A stretch of DNA of 53,623 nucleotides, counting the filler, from Basidiobolus ranarum (Eukaryota), in the NCBI GenBank assembly GCA_040143965.1. It is 3 parts of 3 records of this genome, joined end to end, with 100 filler letters (N's around TTAATTAATTAA, not from the genome) between each part and the next. Parts side by side here need not be neighbours in the genome. Positions count along the whole stretch, not along the records: positions 17,939 to 35,752 come from JASJQH010007166.1; positions 35,853 to 53,623 come from JASJQH010007167.1; 1 more part is not named here. One strand, given 5' to 3'. The notes under the pieces are model-generated. The model worked only from the letters and a program-made list of their open reading frames with translations. It was not told the origin of the DNA and made no database searches. This document shows, piece after piece, positions 25,301 to 36,262 of the stretch (position 1 is the stretch's first letter; each line of letters starts with the position of its first letter). A program made the translations under genes and the position numbers.

Positions 25301-25422
25301 TACCGGTGAAGTTCTGGTTCATACCATTGGCTGGAGCAGTTTTAATTCTTGGGGCAGATGAAACTCGAAAATACTTTGTACGTAAATACCCCCAAGGCCT
25401 CCTCGCCAAGTTAGCTTGGTAG
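22327..25422 (+). CDS. P-type ATPase, Na+/K+-ATPase-related fungal group (ACU-like K+/Na+ uptake ATPase), intronless
   Basis: LTGES, AFVPEGLP, SDKTGTLTQN, GDATDSA, EIPFNSKNKW, KGAPD, IDPPR, MVTGD, FARTTPEQK, GDGVNDAPALK, YLLPAGSWSE, about 10 TM helices. The ORF opens at 22222, but a TATA-like tataaat at ~22239 favours the ATG at 22327. Confidence 0.93.
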   Translation: MPDTGAAVNLPISRTLTVEFRTLSIRLDEARTRTRDLPKDKDLDQELAIDFHKLKVHELNLRFNTSPENGLDITTAANRLVKNGKNQISPPPSKLLSKILDYGFGGFCGLLWFAGLICFLAWKPLGNPPDPMNMGLGILLLIVIFLQAAFNAYQDWSSSKVMNSINNMLPANALVNRSGQKIRVPVSSLVVGDIVYLSYGNKVPADARVISCSDMKFDKSVLTGESDPVNATVDMTDENYLESKNIALMGTLITNGEGMGIVVSTGDNTVMGKIAKLSSNAGHSRTLLQIEITRFVRIIAALSISTATFVIIIWVAWLRRSYPNFLNLSTALVNAIAVLVAFVPEGLPVAVTLTLTLIARRMQQQKVLVKNLTTVETLGSVNVIASDKTGTLTQNRMFVSNAFVGESFDMTECRDHFSSRVAGLLELLAVTGLCNGASFDSESMNFPVSERKTNGDATDSALLRFSEDFKMISEHNQHFEKLYEIPFNSKNKWMLTVAQGKHEDNGFRCTNPVLMLKGAPDFIIDRCSTILNLDGTENPFDQVSRQKILCQQEEWSSKGQRVLLLTRRRLEDDDLRQNMDSEDIIPLAQNMCIVGLVGIIDPPRPEIFDVVKTCRMAGIRLFMVTGDFSLTAAAIARQVGIFTAEHVDMVENLVGGKSEMELVLDDGTKNVQKALLLSGADLPTLTDKQWEMVTNYDEIVFARTTPEQKLRIVQELQQRGNIVGVTGDGVNDAPALKAANIGIAMGGGSEVAMEAAHMVLLDNNFSSIIVAVENGRLVYDNLKKVILYLLPAGSWSELIPILVNVLLGVPLPLSAFLMIFICVLTDMLPSIAIMFETPESDLLKRPPRRPNQDRLVNIRLLRHAYLFTGLMETIFSHCMFFYYIQSTANLSAGDILLTFDKWTDGYKGMSQAQLDDLQYTGQCVMFVTLVVLQSFGNLLATRTRRLSIFQHPPWAQSSRNLWLFGAQFGSIMLALIAVYLPAFHDIFNTRPVPVKFWFIPLAGAVLILGADETRKYFVRKYPQGLLAKLAW

Positions 25423-26498
25423 CTATGTTGAACGCGTAAACAATAACTCCATAATACTGTAATTTCCCTAGTCTTTAATTTTTGAATACAGTGGTAATAA
25501 CTGCTCGAGATATTAGCCAAATCAGGAACTGTTACATCTATACCGTGCAAGGGCTAAATCTCTTCGACCACGCCACGATATATATATAAGGATTTTCAAC
25601 TTGATTCTTGATGTCTCTAAAGTTCCCAAAGTAATTCATCGCTCTAGTTCAAACGTATCTTTAGTCTCTCATCCATCTCTCTCCACTTGAAATCAATAAT
25701 ATGTTCTTTTATCCATATTTTTCCACGTAATTATTGCTACTATCCATTGGATACAAACATGATATTAACGTAATCACGATTTTACTGACATAATTGATGA
25801 AAATCAGTATATATACAATACAGGTTGAGATCTCACGGCCTGTATTGAACTGTCGATCGCTTCTTGGCTTTCCAACTCTAATGAAACTATCTATTCGTAT
25901 GGCTGTTTAAAAGAACTCAATGTACAAAAATTTGGATAATCATGTCTCTGACAACTTCATAAATGAAAGAAATATAAACATTCTTCCAAATTTCAACGAA
26001 CCTAATTTTCCTATTCATGCTAAACTAGATGTATCTATTCAACTCGAAGCTTATGAAATTCCACATCACCATGAAATGCCACCATTGAAAATTCACGAAC
26101 TCAAGAAGTTTTACCCACCAGAACATGATATATCCAGTATTTCTGAATAAAGTATGGCTTAAGTACCACTCGCTTCATTGTATTGCTATGTAATTCTATG
26201 ACTCTCTCGAGTTTACCATGCAATGATTCTACCCAATATCCGGGAGTGCATAGTCTTCTGCAACCTTTGTTACACTGGCTCTTGTAAAGGAAGTTGGCTG
26301 AATCAAGTATAGTCAGAACATGCGAAAAGAACAGCCATGGTGTTAGAATGCTCCCACCTCTATCGTGTCGCGTTGCACGATGATTTCCACCCATAATGAA
26401 TCAGTTGGTGTGGTGGCTACTGATAGTGTAAATTGCCATTTATTTAATCTGAGTTAGAGTGTAGTATGTTTGATGGTTTGCTAACTATATAGCAAGGA

Positions 26499-28201
26499 TT
26501 AATGGCTCTTGGACGATATCAATGATCGTTCATGCAGCCTGTTTGCCCTTCGCTCTGCGCTTTTCGCGATGTACCTTTCCTCCATTTCATTTCTAGGAGT
26601 CAACACAGGTAACCCGCCATAGGGGTAATTGGCTTTGTCAACCGAGACTACAAATGGATATGTTAGAGATCGAACGGATCTACATAATTCCAATCAATAT
26701 TTACCAATTGTCACGTAGGCGTCGTTGGTCAAAATTCGTTTTTTAGAATCAAGTGGGCTTTCTAAAATATATCTCATGAGAATTAGGACCGAATACCATA
26801 CTTCAAACAACTGTTATAACTTACCGGCTTCAACAACTACGGACACTTCGAGGCTAGATTTGAATACTCCAGAGACGAATGAACGAATTGTAATAATATC
26901 ACCGACATAGGTAGGGTTGTAAAACTGCAACGTATCAACACTATATTAGAAGCATGAGTTAATCGGTCATCGAACACCGTGGTAGACTTACTGACCTGGC
27001 GGTAATAAGGTAAGATCGAGAGTGGCGACTAGCACTGATGATTGCACAGTATTCTATCCATTGCATGATCTTACCACCAAAAGTGATTTGAAGCGTATTA
27101 GCATCCTGGGGCAAAACAAGCTCTACTACCTCGGAATAGGAGTCTTGGATAGTTTTGGATGCAGTAAAGACGTTAGGCTTAGAACAGACGCAACCTTTGG
27201 TCTCCGGTGCTTGGACTTTTTCGAGCCATGGAAAATGTTTAGATGAACGATACATTAAATGGGTGAGGTTGAAGTTTAATATTACTTAATAGATCTTCGT
27301 TTTTCCATTCTTCTTTCGCGAGAGAACTCATGATCTCTCGTTTTTCTTCATTATCTTTTGGCTGAAAACGGGAAAGACGACGCTGACGTCGTTCTTCAGC
27401 ATGCTCGTAGCGTTGCTTCTCCGATTCGGTTTCAGGGATCACTTTTGGAACTGTGGTGGTTTTGCCAGTTTCTGGGTTTAAAGCTACAAACGTTAAATAA
27501 GCGTAACAGCCTAAATGACAAGTGAGCATTACTAAATGAAATCTTTCAAGGTTATGTTGCGAGTGAACTATCCCTACAGTGAGTTTTTTTTCCAGTAACC
27601 AAGTCCTCCGTTTCTACTCTGACACCAACCTGATATCAACATAAATCAGCTCAAAATACAATGATCAATTTATGCACATATATGATCGTACCTCCATAGA
27701 AGTGTTCCAGGCTTTATTTACGGAAGCGTTGAGTATCAATATATCGCCTTGGCTTACCGGATGTAAAAAATGGACGCTGTCCATACTTCTGGTGACCTAA
27801 TATTAAGCCTAAATTAAATATAATAAATTATTGACAATATTTTGTGAAAAAACTTGCTTACACTAAACACTGAAGCATGTCTTTTGGCAGCAATTCCAGC
27901 GGCAATATCTATCCAGCTTAGTATCTGACCTCCATACGCAAAGCCACGGTCATCAGTATGACTCGGAAGAATGGTTTCTGTTAAAGTGGTTCTAAAAGCA
28001 TGTAACATGTTTAGAACGGGAAGCTTTCAAAAGTAGGCAAAGAGGGTTTTCTCTTTACCTGGATTCATAGGCAGGCTTTTTCTCCACTTGACTGGCTTTC
28101 GTAGTAGATAAGTTACGAGCCCAGTTGATTCGCTGGAACAATGGATTTCGAACTTTTGAGGTAAGGTCTGGACACGATTTACTCAAACCGTATCGATACA
28201 T
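26499..28201 (-). CDS. Double HotDog-fold acyl-CoA thioesterase with probable mitochondrial presequence, multi-exon
   Basis: Two repeats of the hotdog motif (ILPSHTDDRGFAYGGQILSWIDIAAGIAAKRH and VLPQDANTLQITFGGKIMQWIEYCAIISASRH), plus NKAWNTSME, AYLTFVAL and NDAYVTI. N-terminus MYRYGLSKS...RINWARNLST is basic with almost no acidic residues. Confidence 0.88.
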
Positions 28202-28816
28202 GATTTACAATGGGTTAAGAGGTTCTAAACTTGAAAATACTTCTGTCGAGGGTGCAACATATCTGTAGTGGTCAGATTACGTGACTATGTCACACAATAT
28301 TCCCACGGCCTTGTGATGCATGGTTTGGAGAACATATGATACATTCATAGTTGAGGCATTATCAGAATCAGTGACCCTTTTCCTGAGCCTACAATCTACC
28401 CCTTCTACAGAACTAATTTATGAATCCAATTTGTACTGAACGTCATCAAACAGAACTGCTACAATCAAGCTCAGATATTATGAACAATCCTAAAATAACA
28501 CGATGTACACAGAATCTAGATATTTTGGTGCTGGCGGGAGTGGTACTGTCTAATCACTTTCTTTATTTGATCCATAAGTACAACTTGGTTAATTTCTCGG
28601 TAGAGTACGTTTCCATACAAACCATAATAACATTTTATAATGACATCAATTGATAATAACCGAATTCCCTAAGTGAATATTAAGGGGGATGAAGTTTTTA
28701 CTTCATTTGTGGTATTTTACGTATTACAAGAATCCAAGTATAAAAGTCTGAAATCGAAGCCAACCTGTTGATAACTACTCTTCATTTACTGAAACAGACA
28801 GAAAATAATTGCCAAT

Positions 28817-29503
28817 ATGTCCAACGTTCAACTAACCAAGGAACAGGAAAATACCCTCATCGATATGTCTCTTGAAGGTAAGAATACATATACTGTCTTG
28901 TTGTAAACATTCTAGCTAATCTTTGTGGTTAGCTCGTAACTACTCGTATTCTCCGTACTCTAAATTCCGTGTAGGCGCTGCTTTGCTAACCGACACCAAC
29001 GAATACTACAAGGGTAAGTGAATCCAGTTCTTTGTAGCCCAGTGACTAACACGCCCTTCATCTTTCAGGCTGTAACATTGAAAATGCTTCATTTGGAGCT
29101 GGAGTTTGTGCTGAACGTTGTGCTTTCCAGAAAGCTATTGTAAGTGCAACATAGATATATGTTTTAAAGATAATTCTTCTAAAAATGGATTTTTTTCTTA
29201 TACTACTTGCTACAGAGTGAAGGACATCAAAAGTTTATTGCCATTGCATGCTCTACGTAAGCTATTTCGTGGTGATTTTGATGTCTTGGCTTTATATTTA
29301 GTGATATTCAATCTCTTCATCCATTTAGTGATGCTGAAACTTTCACTACCCCATGTGGAATCTGTCGCCAATTTATGGCGGAGTTCGGAATAGACTTGAT
29401 AGTTATTTTGGTTAAGCACGATCGTACCACCAAGACCATGACATTGAAAGAACTTCTGCCAGAGTATTTCGGCCCTAAAGACTTGGAGGCTTTCAATAAA
29501 TAA
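28817..29503 (+). CDS. CDD1: Homotetrameric cytidine deaminase, 4 introns
   Basis: Spliced product contains SYSPYSKFRVGAALL, GCNIENASFG, CAER, PCGICRQFMAEF and LKELLP..FGP. Confidence 0.95.
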
Positions 29504-29828
29504 GCAGAGGTCCTGAACCAAAAATACCCCTACCTGTTGTTGACGCCACTTCAACCTTTCACTGCTATAATATATATCTCTTTCTCGGTTGCCCTTTAAC
29601 TAGACTCTATTATTTGTTTCTTTATTGACGTCTGAAGACATTCATGTAATATCATATTAAACATATACAATGAGTACTAAAGGAAAGTAGGTGACTTCAA
29701 ATGTAGAAAACTAAACGGATTGATTATAAAATTACAAGGTACAATCTTGTTCAATAATGAATGCAATGACGCTTGAGGAAGGATGATATTCCGAGCGTTG
29801 GATCAAGTGATGTGCGTATTGGGTAGAA

Positions 29829-30550
29829 TTAGGTAGCTCGATTGGTGCGATAGTAGGAAAGGTAGCCGTAGAACAAGCACGAAAAATAGCAATCTATTAG
29901 AAACTGATTAAACCTTGTTAGCGCATGTGTAAGGAACGTCTATACTGTGAAGTGGCGAACTAACCTGAACGATAGCTGATATCCCAGTTCCGATCTGACC
30001 CGCTATAAAGCAAAGCACAATAGAGCCCAAGGAAAGAACTAACTGGATCACAATGAAAACCAAGTATACGCAGAGATATCTAAATGACTCCTAGTAACAG
30101 CATCTTAGTAGTGCAGTCTCGCTCCCATTCATACCAAACTTTCACAAACCTTGTAAATCCCCACAATTCCAAAAATGCAAGCTAACAAACGCAATCCATT
30201 AGCAGATAGAAGAAGTATGTTCAATGCCAAAAGCACTGAGACATCCGACGTCGGTGACACAGATCTATAAAGAGTCAGTATATTTACCAAACTCGACACC
30301 TGAACAGAAAGCCATTAATTAGACCGTTACTCTAAAAGGAAAACGAGTATCAAGGACATACTATCTGGAGACACAAAAGCATATACGAGATTTTCTTATA
30401 TTGCGATTGAAGAGTCGATGTGACTGAGACCACCAGCACCTTGGGATTCTGCTCGGAGTAGGTGGAATACCCATATCCCGTATGTGGAGTATAAGATGCG
30501 CCATAGATTGGTCGAGCCGGATATGGCCCTTGGTATTCAGAAGCAGCCAT
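29829..30550 (-). CDS. Small four-TM membrane protein of unknown function, 3 introns
   Basis: Y/P-rich N-tail (YQGPYPARPIYG), then four hydrophobic segments across GT-AG-bounded exons. Best last exon reads FLIDCYFSCLFYGYLSYYRTNRAT*. Confidence 0.65.
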
Positions 30551-31770
30551 AGTAGCTATCTGTTGGAAAACTGAGGGAACAGACTGTAAGTCTAGAGCTT
30601 ATATACAATGCCTGTGGGCTTGGGCTGGCTTCGAAGGTCTTACCTAATTATTTACCAAATGGGCTGAGGTAATTTGAGTGCTGGGTAAACCAAAATAGTC
30701 GCAGTATATTTGTATTGGAGTTAAGCAAAATCAATTAATCAAGTTGATATTCTACCAGATTTTATTAAAAATGCCCAATGGACTTGGCTCGATATTTTAG
30801 AGAAGTAGAGCTTTGAGAAGCACAGCTGCAGACTTGTTAATCGACACCTTTTTATGGCCAAAAGTGAATGTTTTCGTGAACGTTGGTTGCTATTTGAAGA
30901 AGCTTTTCTCCATGTTGGATCACCATCATTTCTTCGTCTTGAACACGAGAAATGCTCATTTATTATAATTGAGAGACAATTTTCAACATACTATCTCGAC
31001 ATTGTTCTCCAGTATACGTAGTAACTGCACAAGTGGTCTAGTAGTAGGATATCGTGGGCTTAGAATCTGAACTAAAATCAATCAAAATCCTGGTGCCAAA
31101 GTATACAATTGGATTAATCAGGTTCAATGAAACTCTCGCAACGCGTTTTTTTTCGGCACACCATTATACCAGAAACAGCACAATCAAGATCACGTGAATT
31201 GAATAATTGGAGCAATTAATATCCCTATTCTATACAGATGGGTATATTGATACCAGATACACTTACAGTATATGGCCGCAGTCATTCATTGGCTTACATC
31301 GATCAAGTTCTGTCTAGCGTCGAATGTGGGTTGTTCTTATTTGTGCACTTTATTGTGGCTTAGTGAGTAAATACTTGCTGCCTAGGTATTTCGCGAACTC
31401 CGATACGACTACTTTATATGCTACTTCTATCGTATATTGTATTTTTGATTATACCTTTTGAGGTGCATATTTCAACTTTGTTTTATTTTGGCAATAACTT
31501 TCGGAACTCCGTTCAGATTAACCAATCCAATAAGTGGTCTAGCTTTTGTCGAAAATCTACCGACAAATGGAAATCGATTCTACTCTACGATTTCCCGTGT
31601 TTTCCATCAAAAGAGATCTAGGCATTGGTGGCCTCGAATATCTGATTGGGATCGTGACTGTCTAAAAGATGAAGCTTGAGCATTTAACAAACACTGGAGG
31701 CTATCATTTCCTCAACTTTTTTCCTTTTTATCACTCTTGTATATTTCTCGCAATAGCATAGAGGATAAAT

Positions 31771-34155
31771 ATGCGTCTTTCAATATCTACACTACTTACT
31801 CTGGCGTCTTTGACGCTTGGCCATGTTGCTTCTCGTGATATCTCCTTTGAAGAGGTCAAGGAATATTCTGATGACTTTTTCAATCAGCTGATCAAGCAAG
31901 GCGAAATTCCTGGTGAGTTCGTCTAAAAAATGATTCATGGGAATCTCTTTTTCCTACAGTACCACTGCTAATGCTCATATATCTTTTACCTTTTTTAGGC
32001 GCCGTTGTATCAATAGTTAAGGATGGGTCTGTTGTTTATAGTGGAGGCTACGGTTACTCCAACTTAGAAGATCTTTCTCCCGCTGACCCTGCTAATACGG
32101 TTGTTCGAGTTGGCTCTATCTCAAAATCTTTTACCGCTACCTCCTTGATGCAGCTTTATGAAAATGGCCAAATAGAACTGGATCAAGATATTCAAGTTTA
32201 TCTTACCGATGAGGATAAAAAACAAGAATTCATTCTTCTCTCCAATAATATGGAGGGGAATGTAACAGCATCTAGTCTTCTTACACACACATCTGGCATA
32301 GATTTCAAATCATTTGGTACCATGACCGAGAAACCTCAAAGTGTAAGCTGATGTTCCTGCTATTATTGTTGTTAACTTGTATTAACCTGTTTTTTTTTAG
32401 ATTTCTGCTTCTTTATTGCCAGCGTTGGAGAATTTCCCGCTTAGAATTCGTAATGTGGATGTAGCTCAAGGCTACTCCGATCATGGTTACACATTGCTTG
32501 GACACGCTATTAGCAAAGTATCTAAACTTCCATTCACCGAGTATGTTCGTCTTAATGTTCTGGAGCCTTTGGGAATGCAATCTAGTACTTTCGGGCCACA
32601 CAATGCATCCGATCCTACTATGATTAGACTCAAGTCATCTGAACAGTACAACTTTGCTGTAAATTACAAGAAGAATCCAAACACTGGCAAACTCGAGAGG
32701 GCTCCTGAGCTTTACGCTGTCCTAGTCCCCGCCAGTTCCTTAATAAGTACCGCCGATGATATGTCGAAATTTATGATTGCTCATCTCAATAGTGGCTCTC
32801 TATCCGAAAATCAGCGCATTCTTGATTCTGATACAACTGAATTAATGCATTCGCGCCAGTTCTCCCATCATGAGCATGTTGATGGGACTTGTTATGGTTT
32901 CTTTGAGACTAACTATGGAGTGGGACTGAGAATGGTATCTCACGGTGGTGATTTGGTTGGACAAAGTAGTCAATTATCGCTCTTCCCTGAACAAAAACTT
33001 GGTATTTTCGTATCATATAACGCAAACAACGCAACCATTCGTAAAAACTTTGTTGAAGGCTTCCTCGACAATTTCTATGCGCCAATGGAGGAAGAAAGTC
33101 ATTATGATGAAATCTTTTTCAAACATGTTCCGCAATGGGAAGGCCGCTCTTATCTTTATGAGGCATCTTTCAAACCTGTTGCCACCTCATACTCTACCTT
33201 TGAACAACTGGATTCTTTAGCCCAGCAAATTGATGTCAAGAGTATTGGTAATAATACACTTAGTGTTAGCATTCCAGAATCGTTACAGTCATTGTTTGGT
33301 ACTAGTGAAATTAAGCTTCTTGAGGTTGGCAGACATACTTTCAAGGTCATCGATCCCGCTAATTCTAATCACATGAGCAAACGTTATTTTGTATTTAACT
33401 ATAACCGTGAATATGAAGGAGTTGATTATTTGTATGCCGGCAACTTCGACCTTCCCATCGTATTTGAGCGTCTGGAGTTTTATGAAATCAAAAACTTTCA
33501 ATTCTATGCCTTTAGCATAGCCGGATCCATCATTGTCATTGAAGCTATGTACTACCTCTTCAGCATTCTCAGTTACTTTGTATACGGTCAAACAAAATCT
33601 CAATTTTCATACGAGAAGGTTGAAAAGAAAGAGAAGAAAACTAAGAAATCCAAGAAATCCAAGAAAGCTAAGGATTCCGATGATGAAGAGGAGGATGATA
33701 CTCCAGAGAAAATCCAAAATGACATCGATGAGGAAAAGAGCAGACAAGAGCGCCTCGCAGAATTGAGGAAAAAGTATGTAATCCCTGACGATGCCATTAT
33801 TGATGATTACGAGAAAACCGAAGCAAATTTTTCGTTCCAACTTGTCCCTCACGTTGCTGGTGTATTAGCTTGGTCATACACTTTGCTCGTTGTAGTTGTG
33901 AGATATGTCATTTATAGATATGATATGATTGGATTGACCAGCGACAGTAGGTTACCCCTCAAGCTCCGTCTAGTATTCGTCGCTCCTTTTATCTGCCAAA
34001 TTATCACAGTTGCGTTTGCCCAACAATTGTTTTGGTGGTGGGGTGAAATTCCAGGCTATAAACGTCAACATTGTTGGTTTTTGGTTGTCTTGCTAGCATC
34101 AGCTATGATGCTTTACCTTTTCTTTTGCTACAAGCTCACAATTATCAACATGTAG
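31771..34155 (+). CDS. Beta-lactamase-family (class C/AmpC/PBP-like) serine hydrolase with signal peptide and four C-terminal TM helices; introns ~31913-31998 and ~32343-32400
   Basis: Signal peptide MRLSISTLLTLASLTLGHVAS; IPGAVVSIVKDG; catalytic SxxK (GSISKSFT); LLTHTSG; YSDHGYTLLG (YxN variant); VLEPLGM; HGG; LFPEQKLGIFV. Confidence 0.9.
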
Positions 34156-35372
34156 AAATCCATATCTCTAATTGTTTATTTTTCCATTCTAGTTCACTGC
34201 TTTTATAAATAAATACAAATAGTCATCCTTTTTGTAAAATGTGCTGACACTGAGGGTAATGATAATGATTTTAGCAGTGCCATTCAATAGAAAACAAAAA
34301 GGATGATATCCCGTGGGTATAAAGCGAATAGTGAGGTTCGGTACTTTAATTTCAGAAGCTTACAATGACATGTCAAGTATGCTCTTTAGATTTACATTTG
34401 CAAGTTCGGCATGCATGGTGCATCTATTCAACATCAATCTGGATACGAATTATTGATGTTATGCACCCCACCTCCTCACCTAACACTGTAACAACTCTGT
34501 TTAATTTGTTGAATCTAGTTGTCAGGCGCGCATGAGAAAATCTTTATTGGGATTCAAAAGAAGTTATTATATTCAACATTATAGTATGGCAATGGAGAGC
34601 TCTACAATTAAATGTATACTGAATCCATACCTATCATGGGAACATGGTCAGTTAGCGAGTCGTAACGATTGACACTGCATAGATTCTATGTAACAGTACA
34701 TGATTTATATTCAAGATTATAATTATAGCGATCTTCTGAATATTAATGTTTAGTATGTCAACTATACTTTATCAGTCACGCGAGTTACTTGAAGTATCAG
34801 AGATACATTACATACTGGAGCTCGTTAGTCCAAGAAAATTTCCGTTCAATTTGACATAGAATTAGGATTTCTGAAACATCGTTAAGGCGGTTAATTGCAC
34901 CATACCATCACACTAACTCAGTCAACGTTCTAATATTCTTGTTGCGGTAAATTCATAAAGGTAAGCTCATTTTATGACTGGATATCTTACATTGAATTAA
35001 TGGCAGAACTTAACTTTTCAAGGTTCTATTGCTGTAATAAGCAGACCTGAATATCGAGTCTACCAAGTCTGGTAAAAGTTGGGGAATGCGAGATAGGAAT
35101 AAAGCGATATTCGAATTGCCATCAATTTAAGGAGATTAAGTATTTTGTGTTTGCGTCTTGCTTTGATACACTAGGTTGTTTGCTATTCCATTAATATCAT
35201 TTTAAAGTATATGCACATATCTTCATTTTATCGTTGTTTGAACTTCGGCTGGTACGTACTCAGCGATATAAAAGAGAGTACTCGAACATCTGTTAATGCA
35301 GAGCAATTTTAAATTCAATTCTCGTAAATCAAGTATATCTCTTACCTTTTCACACTGATCCATTACCCGACT

Positions 35373-35752
35373 ATGGTATACTCTTCAATCGCTTTCTGCC
35401 TCATTCAGCCTACTTTGGTTTCTCACCAAACCAAGACTAAAATCGAATCCATTGGGTTTACTTTAATGAAACTCACACAAATATGTGAAAGGCTGGTTGA
35501 TCCCCCCTGTCATTATGATATCAAACTGATAGACCCAGTATCTGCCGACTCTAAAATAGCTAAACACCAGATATTCTTATCTGGTCCCACTTCTCAAGTT
35601 TTGGAAATTCAACGCTCCCTTTTGCGGCAGTATCTTCACGAGGTGAGAAAGATCTTTAAATGGGACTCACTAATTGATTCCCTTACTCACTCACTCTAAA
35701 TCATTAGATTGAGGTAAAGGTCTGGATAGACTGCAGCCAGAAGATGTTCGAA
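35373..35752 (+). CDS. N-terminal part of a protein-coding gene truncated by the gap (possibly a fungal KH-domain protein)
   Basis: ATG ORF with donor GAG|gtgaga (~35643), branch-like ctaat/ctcac, acceptor cattag| (~35707) and open frame to the gap. The family guess rests only on weak resemblance of HQIFLSGPTSQVLEIQRSLL. Confidence 0.5.
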
Positions 35753-35852
35753 NNNNNNNNNNNNNNNNNNNNNNNNNNNNNNNNNNNNNNNNNNNNTTAA
35801 TTAATTAANNNNNNNNNNNNNNNNNNNNNNNNNNNNNNNNNNNNNNNNNNNN
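35753..35852. other. Artificial contig-join spacer
   Basis: 44 N + TTAATTAATTAA + 44 N. Confidence 0.97.
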
Positions 35853-36262
35853 AACCAAACCTTTAGCTAAAGTGCAATTGGAATTATGAAGATATAAGTT
35901 AGGTTTAGGAGGTATACAAAATAATTAGTTGAGTATGAATGTAGCAATTAGGTAAATAGCAACTGTTTGTTTAGTAGTTAGATTTTCATATTCTAATTAT
36001 TTAGCACTCAATTCTGCCAATCAAAAATGTGCATACATTGCTCTAATTGATAGAAATATCAATCAGATAATTTTTACTGTTCTCTTAATACTTCTCCAAA
36101 TCACCTCAAATTTTGACCCTTGCTTAACAGGCATGTTTGTAATTATCTAAGCATATCTATTTCATAGGAAACTATAAATAGGACATATTCAATTCAATAA
36201 AACTTAAGTGTCTAATTCACAAATCCAAATCTTCTCCAAAACACTTCCAAGTCCCTCAAACA
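35853..36262 (+). mobile_element. 3' end of a degenerate Ty1/copia element: RNase H C-terminus plus 3' LTR (~35940-36262)
   Basis: TKPLAKVQLEL*RYKLGL matches the copia pol terminus (TKPL....F..LR.KLGL). A TG...CA segment follows, containing aaactataaat, tcaataaa and ttctccaaaacacttccaa, similar to the LTR at 1-153. Confidence 0.7.

Noticed and set aside
5338-29503. PRS, EVE protein, Asn synthetase and cytidine deaminase as a nucleotide or modified-base gene cluster
   Set aside because: Ordinary housekeeping genes, interspersed with unrelated genes and split by an artificial contig join.
969-34155. Numerous short antisense or alternate-frame ORFs overlapping real genes (e.g. 969-1223, 5579-5785, 23976-24329, 29210-29554, 33289-33603)
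   Set aside because: Shadow ORFs of well-supported coding exons, with no recognisable motifs.
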